DNA of 64,000 bases from Octopus vulgaris (GCA_951406725.2 OX597828.1:50406001-50470000); one strand, 5' to 3'. Counted from the stretch's first letter, positions 27,341 through 42,401 are shown. The notes: a model not told the origin generated them from the sequence alone. A program made the numbers and translations.

Positions 27341-29392
27341 AATTTGAATTTAAAATGAGGGTAAGAAATTAGATATTAATTTAATTAACATCGATTTCAC
27401 ACTAGTGGTCTAGCATATAAAAAAAACTGAAGGTTCAGTAAAATTGTATTATCTCTTATTATAAAAGGCAGATTTTATCTGCCTCCCTTTGTCACTTATA
27501 GAAATCTACAATATAGGATTTCTTCAATTACAATTTACCTAGCATTTTTAAGAGTAGAATGCATCGGATCATGCCAGGTCCAGTTTTTAAAATTTAAACT
27601 CCAATTAAGCAAAATTTACAGAAAACTCACATTCTGGTGTGTATGTCAAATGCTTTTCTTAGTCTGGTTTACAGCACACGCAAACGCACACACAGTGTGC
27701 AACGAATAAAGTGAAACTAATTCACTGTGTGTGTTGACAGGTAGACAATAGAATGCGATGGCGATGGCGATGGCGATGTAATATTTGTTTCTGTCTATCA
27801 CGCTGATAGATACATGAGTAAAATGTATGGCAAGCTAAGAGATAAGAGTGAGTGAAAATGTTCTTGGAAGAGAGTAAATAGCGACAGAGTGATTTGAGGA
27901 AGACTAAACTGAAAGTATGAAACAGTGTTTATGTATAAACAGACGACACTTATATATAGTTATGTATGCAGACGACACTTATATATAGTTATGTATGTAT
28001 ATATAGTTATGTATGTTACCAAACCGCCCGAATTTACCTATTCATATTTAAATGAGAATATCAGAGTAAATCTCTTTAGCACATTCGTGAAAACACGTAT
28101 TATACTTCGTAAACACTTCAAATACAGTTTTGTACAAAAATCGAAGTGTAATTTTAATTCCGTGAATTATGGGAGATTTTTTTCCGAAATTTGTTCCTAT
28201 TGTGTTTTCAAAATTTGTAATTCTGACAAAAAATGGATACGAATTTCATTATATCAAGCAGCGAGTCAGAATTCGAAGGATTTTCTACTGAAGACCTTTA
28301 TAAATCTAACTCTATGACTGAAAAAAAAAGCATCTTTATATAAGAGTGAAGTTTGTCTGTCTCCTACGATTTAGATTCGTAACTACTCCCACATTTTGCG
28401 GTGCAGTTTAACCAAAAGCGGGTATCTTATAGTCGTGATTCATATCGAGCCCTTCTGGGTATTAGCGCGCGTCTACGATGAGTCTACGATTTAAAAAAAA
28501 TTTACCATCATATTTTTCCATTTTAATGCATTTCTTTTCGCTTTTATATAAGGGAAGTAACTCTCTAAAAATATCTACGATGTGTCAACGATTTAAAAAA
28601 AAATTTACCTTAATTTTTTTTCAATTTTTAATGCATTTTTTTGCTATTTTTTGGCTATAACTCTCTAAAAATGCTTATATAGTTATTTCCCTTACAACCC
28701 GAGCAACGCCGGGCGATACTGCTAGTATACATATAAGAGGGAAACCCCTATGTGGACACCCTTACGCTAGAAATAGATCCGCTATGGTCTTACCACTAAG
28801 AAATGTTCTCAAGAAAAATTTAGCAAAACAACCAAAACGTAATCGAGTAAGACAAAAGAAAAAGCAATAAAATATGGATTATTCGCAGACATGTTTTATT
28901 AACATATTACGTAATTCTTACTTACATAAATGTCCGTAGATCATCGGTGCGACCGTCCAAATGAATATAATTTGCAGGACTGCATACTAGGACGTCCTCA
29001 CAAAGTCAGACTTGTAAAACAGTCCTACCCATTGCACTCGTGCTTTCTATTTCAAATGTCCTCGTTTTGGTGCGCTAAATTACCGGAAAAACTGATGCTG
29101 CAGATAATACTTTACTGCAGTGGTCTTTGTCGGTTAGAGAACGTATTAATTTAAATTTGAATTTGAAATGAGGGTAAGAAATTAGATATTAATTTAATTA
29201 ACATCGATTTTACACCAGTGGTCTAGCATATAAAAAAACTTAGTTGTTTTTCAAAATTTTTCTTGAGAACATTTCTTAGTGGTAAGACCATAGCGGATCT
29301 ATTTCTAGCGTAAGGGTGTCCACATAGTGGTTTCCCTCTAATGTGTATATAACAGAATTTTACTGAACCTTCAGTTTTTTTATATGCTTGGT
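27341..29392. mobile_element. Penelope-like terminal repeats in direct and inverted copies, interrupted by the Helitron
   Basis: 27341-27430 is repeated at 29155-29240, and 28726-28821 is inverted at 29256-29350. The same family occurs at 52014-52387. Confidence 0.55.
27452..28725 (+). mobile_element. Non-autonomous Helitron, composite with a second 5' end at 28333
   Basis: It starts with TC and ends with hairpin CCCGAGCAACGCCGGG, 8 nt, then CTAG. It is inserted between A and T with no TSD and splits a repeat seen uninterrupted at 29330-29390. Confidence 0.85.
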
Positions 29393-30139
29393 CTTGGAGC
29401 AGAGTATGTGATCCAATCTCCTCAGTAGTCGAGGGGGGATACATGAAGGGCCGAACGAGATATTGTATGTCCATGTTGTTACGAGATATCGTATGTCTAT
29501 GCAAGGAACTTTACCTGTAATGAAATCGTCCACTTCTGACGAAGTCTTCAGCATCAATTTTCCTGTGAGTATTTTCAGGATTAGATCCTTAAAGACTTCT
29601 TCAGGTTTGTTTTTTTGCTTCTATTTACAACAATGATGTTGATGGAGTTTGGATTCTGGGTGTGTTTTTGCTTGTTATTGAATTCTCGTTATTATTGCTT
29701 AATTTTTGTGTGTTTACTGTAAGTAATAACTGCAAAGTTGCTTCCATTTACGAATTTCTCGTTTGGCAAAATGTACAAGTGTTGTTGGTGTTTTATTAAA
29801 AACCATTACCGATGTTGATGATGTTGTTATTAAGTGAATTTCAGTATCATTATCGGTAGAAAATTCATTACTTTTCCTTTTAAATTGTGTGCCCTGCAGC
29901 AAAGCACATTCATTATTTTCTTGTATATTCTCTGTTCGAACATGTTTACTAAAACTGGAGATACTTGGGGTTTTCTCTCTATCTCTCTTTTTCCCTCTCT
30001 CTCTCCCCACTCTCTCTCTGTCACTTTCACATAAAGCAATTTTGTCAATTTTCACAAGGAAAATATATTTTCTCATACGAAAAAAAATATGATGCAAAAA
30101 GTCCCTCTTTACTATATTGTATTTTCACATTAAATGAAT

Positions 30140-30420
30140 GCTTTTCCATTTGGATTCTACTCAGAACACAATCTTGACAGGGCACGAACAAACAAGAATA
30201 ATTACACTTCATCAACCAAGAGTTGGAGGCTTCAGTGAAGAAGTTCTTCGCCTCGAAGAACAAGAACTGGTATCAGCGTGGGATCATAAAAATGGAAGAA
30301 AGATGGTTTCAGACGGTGAAACACGATGGTCTCTACTTTGAATACTTGGTTGCTTTTCTTGTAACTTAACGAATAAAGCAAATAAGTTATCAAAATATTG
30401 CAAAACTTTTGACTCAACGC
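30140..30420 (+). mobile_element. mariner transposase C-terminal remnant
   Basis: FFASKNKNWYQRGIIKMEERWFQTVKHDGLYFEY matches the typical mariner C-terminus. Confidence 0.6.
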
Positions 30421-31317
30421 AATAAAAATCTCTCACGCAATTTATTCCCAAAACTCTCTTCTTTCCATTTCCTGAATATTTTTCATTGTATCTTTCTTTA
30501 GATTCCGTGAAATATAGCATTACATTTTATATTTTATTTTAAAAAGACTAAACCAGTTAGCAGGATCTGTGAAGTTTATTCTGTGAATATAATACCCAGC
30601 ATAGAAATCCTTCTGGCGACCAGCTGATGAAGTTCATTGTTAATACCGACATAGCTAAATACTACAAATATATTTTTTCTTCCTGAAAGTTATATCTCCA
30701 TGATATCATTTCTGTCATCTAATTAATCAATTATTCACAATTAACTTATCAATAACGAAATGTGTAACAAACAAAAAGATCTCAGATATCGCTTGTATTC
30801 AACTACATTTCGTTTTGTACTGATTTAAGCGAAAGACTGAAACTATACATAAATGTAAATAATTTCTTTTTACAGTGAGGAATAAAAGGTGAACTGACCT
30901 TAGGTATTATATTTTCAACTGGATGAAGCAGTAGAGAACAATGTATACTTGACGGAAACAAAATGTATGAAGTATAGAGACTTAAATTAAATCTTTTACC
31001 TTTGGTGAAAGGGGTTGTGTGGTGGATGAGCTTGAAAGCACTCAGATCAGAAAAACTTCATCTACGTTCTCAGGCTCCACTTTAAAAGGAAGGCGAAAGT
31101 AAGAACGAAAGAGCCTTCCTGCCAGTAAATTTGGCGGGTGACTTTGGCGAAAATGGTTAGGATGACTGGAAATACGGTTAGCATGTGCTGATCGACAAGA
31201 CAGCAGGGGTTGACCTTAGAGTTCAGGTTGATCTTGGATCTGTGGGCTTCTTAGTTGGAGATTGCCTTTAATCAAGAGGACTGCATCGTTTGTCCACTTC
31301 AGGATTCTAGCGGCTTA

Positions 31318-33270
31318 CCCAGTTACTGCAACTGTGCGCGAGTTTATTGCCGAAATTATGTTTCTGGCATACAGCTTTGAAGCCAGTATTCTTCTCGCTC
31401 GCCACAGGTACTCTCTTTTTGTCTTTTCCTTCATGTCGTAGTGTTTGAGTCCATCTGCCTCAAGTATTCCTGTGTATTTATAGGTGGATTGAGGTTGAAT
31501 CGCCTTCATCGTTTCACAACTTGACAATCATATGTCTTCTGTCCTGACAGGCTTTCCTCGTCTCATCACAATCGTAGTACATTTTGAGGCTCTAACCTCC
31601 ATCTTAATACCATTAGAGAAAATCCGCACAGAATGGACCAGGTTGTCTAGTTCTGCCTCATTTTTCGTGAATAGTATCAGCTCATCCATGAATAACAAGT
31701 GGTTAGTTTTTCCTTACCGTTTCCCATGTCATACACCAACTTTATTTTCTGTAGTATTTCACCCAAGGGGATCATTCCCAGCACGAAGATCAGTGGGGAC
31801 ACACTGTTCCCTTGGAAGATTCCTCTCTTGATTTTCACATCTACTTGATTCCCGGCTGTCAGTTCCGTTCTTCAGCTCTTCATGCTATTCCATGTAAGGC
31901 TTCTCATATTTACTGTTACTCCGTACATCTCCATTCTTCTTATTATTCAGGAATGTGATATCATATCGTATACTTTACGATAGTCAACCAATGCCGTGCC
32001 ATGCCACGTTTGTGTATCCTCACTTGCAGTGTCCTGATAATTAGATTATTAATTAACATCCGATCCTTCGTTCCCCGGATCCTCTTTCGGCATCCTTTCT
32101 GTTCAGCAGGTAACAGCCTACATTTTTCCAAGTATCTATACAGTTCACCGGCCAAAGCACCTGACATTAGCTTCCACATCAGCGGAAGGCACGCTATTGA
32201 TCTAAAGTTGGGTTCAACATTTCACTTTTTTGGATCCTTGGCACTTAACAACATCTTTCCTTTTGTCATCCAGCTGTTTACTGCACCTTCCTGGAAATAC
32301 TCATCTAGGTGTTGCACTATTCTTTCACAGAGTCCTCTCAGCTTCCTCATCCAATAACCATGGACCCCATCCGATCCTATGCTCTTCCAATTTGAGAATT
32401 TTCTTAAACGCATTTAAAAAAAATTCTGTTGTTATCTTTATGCCTTCTTGGACTTCTGTATTTCTTAACCTATCTTGGATTTCATGCAGCCTCTCCGCTT
32501 CATCATTATGCTCTACAGCTTGGTCTCAGATCCCTCTCCAGAATGCCCTGCATTCTTCTGCATCTGGTATCATTGTTACGTGTAATTGCCCATCTAGTTC
32601 CTGAAACAGTTTCTTCTCATTTCCGTCAACAATCTGTTTTGCCTAATTGGTTTGTTTTATTGTCATATCCTCCCAGTTTTGCTTTGATTGCTTCTACTCT
32701 TTGTTTCAGTTCTTCTAATATCACATCATACCATTTATCTCTTATTCTATATTTTCCTTCCAGCATTATTCTTATGTTTTCGTTCTGCAATTCTCATCCG
32801 CTAAATCTATAAACTTGTCCTAAATGTCTTATCAACTTTGTTTCTCATAAATTCGTCGACGCCAGTTTGTTCTCTTTTGTATCCAACTCTATCTGCAGCA
32901 ACCATAGTTGCAGACCAAATAATCTTGTTAGCTTCAGTTATATTTCTCGTCTGGAATAGCCCAAGGACCGAAAATATCTTTTCGGTTTATTCTTTGAGCT
33001 TGCATCAATCAATGTACTTCAGATTTGATGGGTGCTTGATCCAGGTCTTCTCTAATATATCGGCACAGCATCTTCACTATGCCTTGTTGGTCATCATCGT
33101 ATTCTTGTGATAGCTCTTCCCACTACTTCTGCTAGCATTTACATTTACACTTTGCTCTTCGTCTTCACTGCCGCCATATATTTCGCTGTTCTCTCTGGGT
33201 ACATTATCTGTTGGTGAAGTATTATTTCTATTTTCTACTTATGTCTTCAATTTCCATGCGTGTTAGCTAC
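31318..33270 (-). mobile_element. Decayed R4/Dong-type LINE RT region
   Basis: Fragments NWKSIGSDGVHGYW, PAEQKGCRK...GTKDRML, GIFQG, HLLFMDEL and YKYTGILE...EYLWRARRIL lie across several frames. Confidence 0.85.
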
Positions 33271-33282
33271 GCTTTTGCTCTT

Positions 33283-33313
<31 letters not shown>

Positions 33314-33376
33314 CGACGACGACGATGATGATGATGATGATGATGGTGGTGGTGATGATGATGATGATGATGATAT

Positions 33377-33416
<40 letters not shown>

Positions 33417-33430
33417 AATAATTGTTATTA

Positions 33431-34048
33431 AGGTGGCAAGCTGGCAGAATCGTTAGAATGCCGGGCGAAATACTTAGCGGTATTTCGTCAGCCGTTACGT
33501 TCTGAGTTCAAAATCCGCCGAGGTCGACTTTGCCTTTCATCCTTTCAGGGTCGATAAATTAAGTACCAGTTAGGCACTGGGGTCGATATAATCGACTTAA
33601 TCCCTTTGTCTGTCCTTGTTTGTCCTCTCTGTGTTCAGTCCATTGTGGGTAGTAAAGAAATAGGTATTTCGTCAGCCGTTACGTTCTGAGTTCAAATGCC
33701 GCCGAGGTCGACTTTGCCTCCCATCCTTTCGGGGTCGATAAATTAACTAGCAGTCAAGTGCTGGGGTCGATGTAATCGACTCATTCCCTCCCACAAAATT
33801 TCAGGTCTTGTGCCTATAGTAGAAAAGATTATTATTATCAGGCTGATGGACGGTAGAATTGTGAGAGCGCCGGACAAAATTCTTTGCGACGTTTGTGCAG
33901 CTATTTTATGTTCTGAGTTCAAATCCTGCTGAAGGCAATTTTGCTTTATATCCTTACACAATCGCCATAAATAAAATACCAGGACTGTGGTCAATGCTAT
34001 CGGTTAACTCCTTCACTCAAAATTGCAGGCCTTGCAAATAAATTTGAA
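33431..34048 (+). mobile_element. SINE B multimer plus an older copy
   Basis: Head, core and tail, then the core resumes at GGTATTTCGTC (33663). An older copy starts near 33840. Confidence 0.75.
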
Positions 34049-34761
<713 letters not shown>

Positions 34762-35229
34762 ATTCTATTTTGGAGCTAGGCAATGTTGCCATGAAATACG
34801 ATGTATGTAGAATTGAGCTGGATGAGGAATCCTTCTGGCTGCCTGGGTACTTTATGATACACGACAAATACAATGTTTTTGTTACAGTCGATGTTCAGAG
34901 GGAATTTTTGTGGTAGAGAAGATATTGTTTCTGGAGTAATCATCGTAAAACATACAAGTTTACCAATTTCTTTGTTTATTCTCCATGTCATCTGAACTAT
35001 CATGACTCTGAAGTATCAATTGGTTTCCCCTGTTTACTTAACCAGTCGGTATCGAACCGAGTTTGGGATCGATAATTGATTTAAGTGCTGCAGAATGAAC
35101 GGTTACCATTTTAATATCGGTTAAATAAATTTGATTAATATTTCCAGAATTAATTGACAGGACGAAACCATCTGCTCATAGCATATTGGAAGGAATCACA
35201 TAAAAATATTGATAACAACAACAACAACG

Positions 35230-35266
<37 letters not shown>

Positions 35267-35756
35267 CGACAACAGCTACAAAACCAACAATAATAATTAT
35301 TATTATTGGAACGAAATTCTTGGCTGATTCTAGTCTAGATTTGGAAACTCTTCAAATTGAGATTTAATTTAGAAGCGAGAAGGAAAAGATCCCTTTCGGT
35401 TCATTACTAATGCATTTTAAAGTATTATCCAACAGCAACAGCTAACTTTTAAATACGCTTTTAAGCTCCTTTAACATGGTTTTTATAGCTTTTAAAGACG
35501 GAGCGTTGCGCTTAAATATTTTAACGACATATTCATTTGCTTAGAAGTATAGAAAAAGGAGTAAAAATAACATTATAAAGTCATTATAATTAAATGACGG
35601 AAACGGGTTTGTGTCCTCACTGCATGTAGTCAAAAGCAAGCGAGTAAGGTTTAGTCGAATAAAGCCATCTTAAGTCATCTAAACCCGTGATCTGGGTTCA
35701 TTTTAGGTTGAAGCTAACTTACATACATAAATAGATATTTGCATATATATATATAT

Positions 35757-35985
35757 GTCTTTACTACCCACAAGGGGCTAAACACAGAGGGGACAAACAA
35801 GGACAGACAAAAGGATTAAGTCGATTACATCGACCCCAGTGCGTAATTGGTACTTAATTTATCAACCCCGAAAGGATGAAAGGCAAGGTCGACCTCGGCG
35901 GAATTTGAACTCAGAACGTAACGGCAGACGAAATACCGCTAAGCATCTCGCCCGGAACGCTAAAGTTTCTGCCAGCTCGCCGCCT
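35757..35985 (-). mobile_element. SINE family B
   Basis: Reverse-complement match to the 5563 copy. Confidence 0.8.
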
Positions 35986-36919
35986 TTCATGAACATATAT
36001 ATTTAAGGTAATTAAAGGCACGATTAATAACAAGTTGTTAAAGAAGATATTATTAAATTACAGTAAATCCAGGTGAAAACAGCTTGCATGTAAATACATA
36101 ATCGGTTGAAATGATCTTTTTGAGCAAAATATTGATCATATTAAAATAAGAAAATATGAAATTCACATCGAGTTCATAATTAAATTTGATTAAATTATGA
36201 ACTAAAATGTGAAATTTCTGTTTTTTGCTTTTAATTCTAAAACTACACATACACACACATACACACGCGCGTATACACAAACACACAGTCACTCATGCGC
36301 ACATGCACATGCATATACTTATATAAGAGAAAATGTGATAAACTCAAGCTTATATCATTTGGGAATGTAATGCAAGAAAGTGTTCCCCTGATAATCCGTT
36401 GTGGTTAAGCATCCAATTGCATTCGGAACATCCAGTGTAGAGGTTGGAGCAACTATAACGGCGAAACGGACGTAAGGAACTAATGTTGATAAACATGTGT
36501 TTATCATTATTTCTCATACATTTTCTGTGTATATCATAACCGGTAGTATATTAAGGTAGTAACGAAACTACTATACTAGAAGTAGAGTATATGATGATAA
36601 TTTACGTGGAGTTCTAATCGAATAGTACAGCATTATATATCCATTACTGCCGATCTTACCAATCGGTTTTGCACTAGTGTTTCAACAAGATGTTAGTGTT
36701 TCAACAGTCCGATTATGTAACACTGCGCTCTGCAGAGTTGGTAGTTATGGAAGAAAATATGGTGACTGCTCTCTATTGTTGGAGCTGAAAAGACACATAC
36801 CGTTTTTCCTTCGGAAGCAAACAGCCTAAAAAGTTTTCTGAAAACGTGTGTGTGATGTAGGGGTTGGTGCGTTTTAGGGATGGAATGTGTACACACACAC
36901 ACAATTGCATATTTATATG

Positions 36920-36997
<78 letters not shown>

Positions 36998-37464
36998 GGA
37001 GAGGGGAGAGAGAAGGTGTAGACATATATAACAAATAAATAATAGCGTACATACTTTTTTTTAAAAATCGTGAATGAGAAAATGAAATGACACATGGTAA
37101 TCCTGGGTGGAAGTGTAGGCATAAAACTCTGCTAAGTCGGAACAATGCTGTTCTTGGATTGGTTATTTATTCAATTATCTGTATTCTTTGATTCCTCCAT
37201 TCTTTGAATCCTCCATTCCTCATTTCTGTAATATATATTTATAGTCTCGAGGTAAGTAATCGGGAATTGTATGACTTTTTAATATATCCGTTATTTTTAT
37301 ATTTTCGAAGAAAAAAAGATTGTTTTGGGTTAGTTGTGTCATACGTAGTTCTGGGAGAACTATTCTCTCTTTTTCTCCTTCTCTCTAGGAGCTGTGGGGA
37401 GGGGTGGAATGCATTGTATTCTTCGACTTGAGTGGTAAGGAGAGTAAATAGAACTGCTATCTCA

Positions 37465-37920
37465 ACAACGGGTGGTGAAGAGGGTGGAACTGTTGTATGA
37501 AGATAGTGTGAATAAAGGATGGTGCGATGGATAGAAAAAATTGTTCTTCGAGGATATTGTGTATAACGGGTATTGGAGAATGGAAGTGTTCTTTGGGGTT
37601 GTATGAATAGTGAACAATGGGTGGGGGTGGATAGAAGGAAATGTTCTTTTGGGATAATATAAATAACGGGTAGAGGGGTAGGTAGAAAGAGCTGTTCTCT
37701 CAGGACAGTAAAAACACGGGTGGTAGGATGAGTAGAGTAAGGTTTTTAGTGGTAATAGAGAGTATAACAGGTATTAGGGAAGGGTAGTTATTCTATAGGG
37801 ATGGTGCGAATAACGGGTATTAGCGAGGGGCAACTGTTGTATGGGGAAGCTGTGAGTAACGGGTAGTAGGGAAAAGTGACTGTTGTATAGGGATGATGTA
37901 ACTATCGTGTGGTGGTGAGG
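37465..37920. repeat. Degenerate G-rich ~50-bp tandem repeat
   Basis: Recurring TAACGGGTA...TGTTCT...GGGAT. Confidence 0.5.
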
Positions 37921-38090
37921 GTTGTTACTAAACTCAATGATATTTCTCGTGAAGATTATTGAAAAAGATTAAAAGTAGTAGAATTTTGCAACTTTAGGGA
38001 AACAAAGAAAATGGATCCTTGAAATATGAAATAACAAATATACATTCACGCATACATATAGACATACACGTAAACAAATACGTATATACA

Positions 38091-38130
<40 letters not shown>

Positions 38131-38400
38131 TACACCCTTGCACAAACTAATACATACACACAAAGAAACAGACAAATATAGATATTCAGAGAGACACATA
38201 CCCGAACACAAAAACAAACACAAGCACACACATATATAGATACTAATTAAATCCACATAAATAGAATAAAACATAGGTACACACATGGAGAGAGTAACAA
38301 TAGATGTGCAAATGAATATGCATGTATACAATCATACATAAACTCGTATGCACGCAAATATTTATACAAAAAAAAATATAAACGTAAACACAAACTCGCA

Positions 38401-38452
<52 letters not shown>

Positions 38453-38455
<3 letters not shown>

Positions 38456-38864
38456 CTCTTTTACTCTTTTTACTCTTTTACTTGTTTCAGTCATTTTGAC
38501 TGCGGCCATGCTGGAGCACCGCCTTTAGTCGAGCAAATCGACCCCGGGACTTATTCTTTGTAAGCCCAGTACTTATTCTATCGGTCAATTTTGCCGAACC
38601 GCTAAGTGACGAGGTCATAAACAAACCAGCATCGGTTGTCAAGCAATGCTTGGGGGACAAACACAGACACACAAACACACACACATATATATATACATAT
38701 ATACGACAGGCTTCTTTCAGTTACCGTCTACCAAATCCACTCACAAGGCATTGGTCAGCCCGGGGCTATAGTAGAAGACACTTGCCCAAGATGCCACGCA
38801 GTGGGACTGAACCCGGAACCATGTGGTTGGTTAGCAAGCTACTTACCACACAGCCACTCCTGCG

Positions 38865-38866
<2 letters not shown>
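38453..38866 (-). mobile_element. SINE family A, full length, inside (TA)n
   Basis: Match to family A. Confidence 0.85.
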
Positions 38867-38918
<52 letters not shown>

Positions 38919-39233
38919 TCTCTCTCTGTCTTTATGTAAATAATTCCTCTGTTAAAGGCCTAAACCGAGGTATGCAATTAATTCTGTTTTTTATATAAAT
39001 TTTCATCTGTCCTGCCCGCCAAATTTGGTTCTGGTGTTCGCTAAATTTTTCCTCTAGAGAACTTTCTTTGTAGTTTGATCGTTGATGATCTATTTCTAGC
39101 ATACGGCTGACTACCTAGCAGTCTTGCTCTGCTATATACACATATATTAGAATTTTCTCTGATTTCTCAGATTTTTGTATGCTAGACTACTGGTTTTAAA
39201 TTGATATAAAATTAATATTAATTTATCTCTCTC

Positions 39234-39269
<36 letters not shown>

Positions 39270-39383
39270 AAAAGCAATAAAGATTCAAGTTAATTTAAAT
39301 GAATTTACTTGAATATGGTACCTAACTTAGATACCAAAAAAACTATACTGATTTAACAATACAGTAATGTGGGGTGATTATAA

Positions 39384-40789
39384 GCGAGAATGAAGCAACA
39401 AGAATGGATAGGTTTTTAGTACAATGGATAGGTTTTTAGTAAAATTAAATAAATGAGACTATTCCCTCGGTGATAATATGATTATCTTCATTATGATAGA
39501 CAATCCCCTAACACCTTTTGAATGATCTTCTAAGATTTGACCTGTAGTCCGTCAATGTATGAATAATAACGGCAACTCCTTAAGACAATAAAATGAATAA
39601 ATAAGTAAGTAAATTTTTAATGACTTTTTGATAAGATTATACCTAGTTTTCCCTAATGTATTTTCTGGTGATTTTAGCATCTGACCCCGAGACCCCTAAC
39701 TGTGTTATCTCTTTAGATTCTCTTTAAATTCATAGCTGATTTCAACAGCAATAAATTAGCTATTTTAACTGGTCAAAGAATAATATTCTCCTCTAATTCC
39801 TAGATGCCTGTAAACTAAAACCAGACTTGTCGTCTACTAATTCTTCTGTATAACTAGAACCCTTTTTATCTTTTTTCTTTCTTCTTTCTTCTTCTTCTTT
39901 TTTTTTTTTTTTTTCCTTCTTTTTCTTTTTCTTTTTTCTCTCTTTTCCCTTCCTTCCCTATTTCTTTTTCCTTTTCTTTTTCTTTCTCTTTTCTCTTTTT
40001 CTTTTTCTTCTTCTTATTCTCTTTTTCCTTTTCTCTTCTCTTTGAGTCCCCCTTTCCCCCCCCCCTTTTGCTCCCTCCTCTTTTATTTTCTTTCTTTTAT
40101 TTTCTCTCTTTTCTTCTATGCCCCTCCCTTTTCTATTCTATACAGCTCTAGTAAGCCCTTCAGCCTTTAAAAGTTAAATAGCTACAGCCTCTTGTAAATA
40201 GCAGTAATGTGATTAATGTGGCAAATACCTAATCATATAGCAAGAATTGATACCTACCTCATTGTGTTCAACCATTGATAAATTTATCGCCTGTGAATAT
40301 GAAATTCCTTGGAAATTTACACCTACACCATTGGAAATTGTGCATCTATACAAAGGATTAATTCACCCTCTCTGTAATGCTAATAAGCAGGAATTGAAAC
40401 CTACCTCGTTGTAATTAACAATGGATAAATTTGCCTTCTGTGAGTATGTAATCCCTCATCATATCTCTGGAAATTCATATGTGCACTATGGATTGGGTCA
40501 CCTTCTCTGTGATGCTATTAAGACTTTTTTTAAAATTCTGTGATAAGACTGTACATCATCTTTAAAGAACTTTAATGAACTTTTGAAATCTGTTTATGTT
40601 ACTTAATTACCTACATTACTTCATGAGTATAGCCTCAACCACTAGGATGTCTAGAGAACTCACATGTATTTTAGCTGATGAATACGGGACACGTTTATAT
40701 GCTGTAATTTTTGCAACTTTTAATAAAACCTGTCCTTGTATGAAACGATTGTACTAAAAACCTATCCATTCTTGTTGCTTCATTCTCGC
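39384..40789 (+). mobile_element. Non-autonomous Penelope-like element with a terminal HHR and a 5' inverted partial terminus
   Basis: 39384-39425 is the reverse complement of 40748-40789. There is an internal ~147-bp tandem duplication (40240-40520), and (TA)n follows the end. Confidence 0.6.
40669..40759 (+). ncRNA. Type I hammerhead ribozyme, intact core
   Basis: Stem I TTTTAG/CTAAAA, CTGATGA 40675-81, stem II ATACGGGACA...TGTCCTTGTAT, GAAA 40742-45, stem III ACGATTGT, GUA cleavage after 40753. Confidence 0.85.
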
Positions 40790-41026
40790 GTATATATATA
40801 TATATATATATACAGTTGCGGCCAAAATGTTCAGAACGGCATTGTTTTCGTCAGAAAAGTAAGTATAAGTTTTTATCAAAATAGTTTTATATTCTATAAT
40901 TTTCGCAGACAATTAATGCAATATTAATTGTTATTGTCTCAGATTTTGGTGTAATTTGAGAGGATAATACAAAAGTTGGATGATTTAGTGATTTACTGCA
41001 AAATCCATGGCGGCCAAAATGACGGC

Positions 41027-41136
<110 letters not shown>

Positions 41137-41138
41137 TG

Positions 41139-41478
41139 TGTGAAGGCGCATGGGCTCAGTGGTTAGAGCGTCGAGCTTGCAACCGTGAGGTTGTGAGTTC
41201 GATTTCCGGACCGGGCTGCGTATTGTGATCTTGAGCAAGACACTTTATTTCACGTTGCTCCAGTTCACTCAGCTGTAGAAATGAGTTGCAGTGTCATTGG
41301 TGCCAAGCTGTATCGGCCTCTTTGCCTTTCCCTTGGATAACATCGAGTATGGACAGGAGGGGCTGGTATGCATGGGTGACTGCTGGTCTTCTATAAACAA
41401 CCTTGCTCGGACTTGTACCTCGGAGGGTAACTTTCTAGGTGCAATGCCATGATCATTTATGACCGAAGTGGTCTCCCC
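41139..41478 (+). mobile_element. tRNA-derived CORE-type SINE (family D)
   Basis: A-box GGCTCAGTGG, B-box GTTCGATTTCC, CORE-like TTGTGATCTTGAGCAAGACACTT...CTCAGCTGTAGAAATGAG. Confidence 0.7.
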
Positions 41479-41527
41479 ATATATAGAAGTATATACATAT
41501 AAATACATATATATGAACCTCTATCTT

Positions 41528-41595
<68 letters not shown>

Positions 41596-42272
41596 GGTGA
41601 TAAATAAAAATATATGCATACATACAAACATATATGTACGTACCTACATCTACATGTATATATACATGCATATATAAATAATTATACGTGAGTACAGGAC
41701 ATCACAATTAGACGTAGAAACGGAAAAAACAAAAAAGCAAAAAACAAGAAAACGAAAAGTTTTATTGTTTGTCTATGCCAGAAATAAAGGCTTTTTCGTT
41801 CGTCCTCTTGTGTGTTTGATTTCCTGTATCGTATTCTCTTTTTAGTTTCTCGTTTTGTAATTAATTGTATTTTTTGTACATGTATTTTTATTTTTGCAGT
41901 TTTATTGTTACGTCTTGTTCGTGTTCGTACTCATTTTGCCCCGCTGCTTGGAATTTTATTTTAATTCTCTAGCAGGAAGGGCTATTGGATTAGTATTCTG
42001 TCTCTGCCTTCGGAACATGCTTGACTCCACTAGCGACAGATGATGACGGGGGTTTTGTCCTTGTGTAGCTCGTCCTGTAATTGTTTTTTCGTTTTCTTGA
42101 TTTTCGTTTTTCGTTTTCTTGTTTTTTGTTTTTTTCGTTTTTTCCGTTTCTACCTCTTATTGTGATGTCCTGTACTCACCTATAATTATTTATATATGCA
42201 TGTATATATACATGTAGATGTAGGTACGTACATATATGTTTGTATGTATGCATATATTTTTATTTATCACCT
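41596..42272. repeat. ~165-bp inverted repeats around a ~350-bp spacer (PLE-like)
   Basis: 41596-41758 is the reverse complement of 42109-42272. Confidence 0.8.
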
Positions 42273-42346
42273 TATTGTCTGACAGCGCCCCGCATCAGGT
42301 TCGTTCCGATTCGTCGTTTCGTTCCACTTCTTGGTTCCTGTTTTTT

Positions 42347-42401
<55 letters not shown>

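Noticed and set aside
29533-29606. CTGACGA...TCTTCAG
   Set aside because: A simple inverted repeat with no properly placed GAAA or NUH.
30914-30971. Hammerhead-like CTGGATGA...GAAACAAAATGTA-TGAA
   Set aside because: Insertion in the core and a weak stem II.
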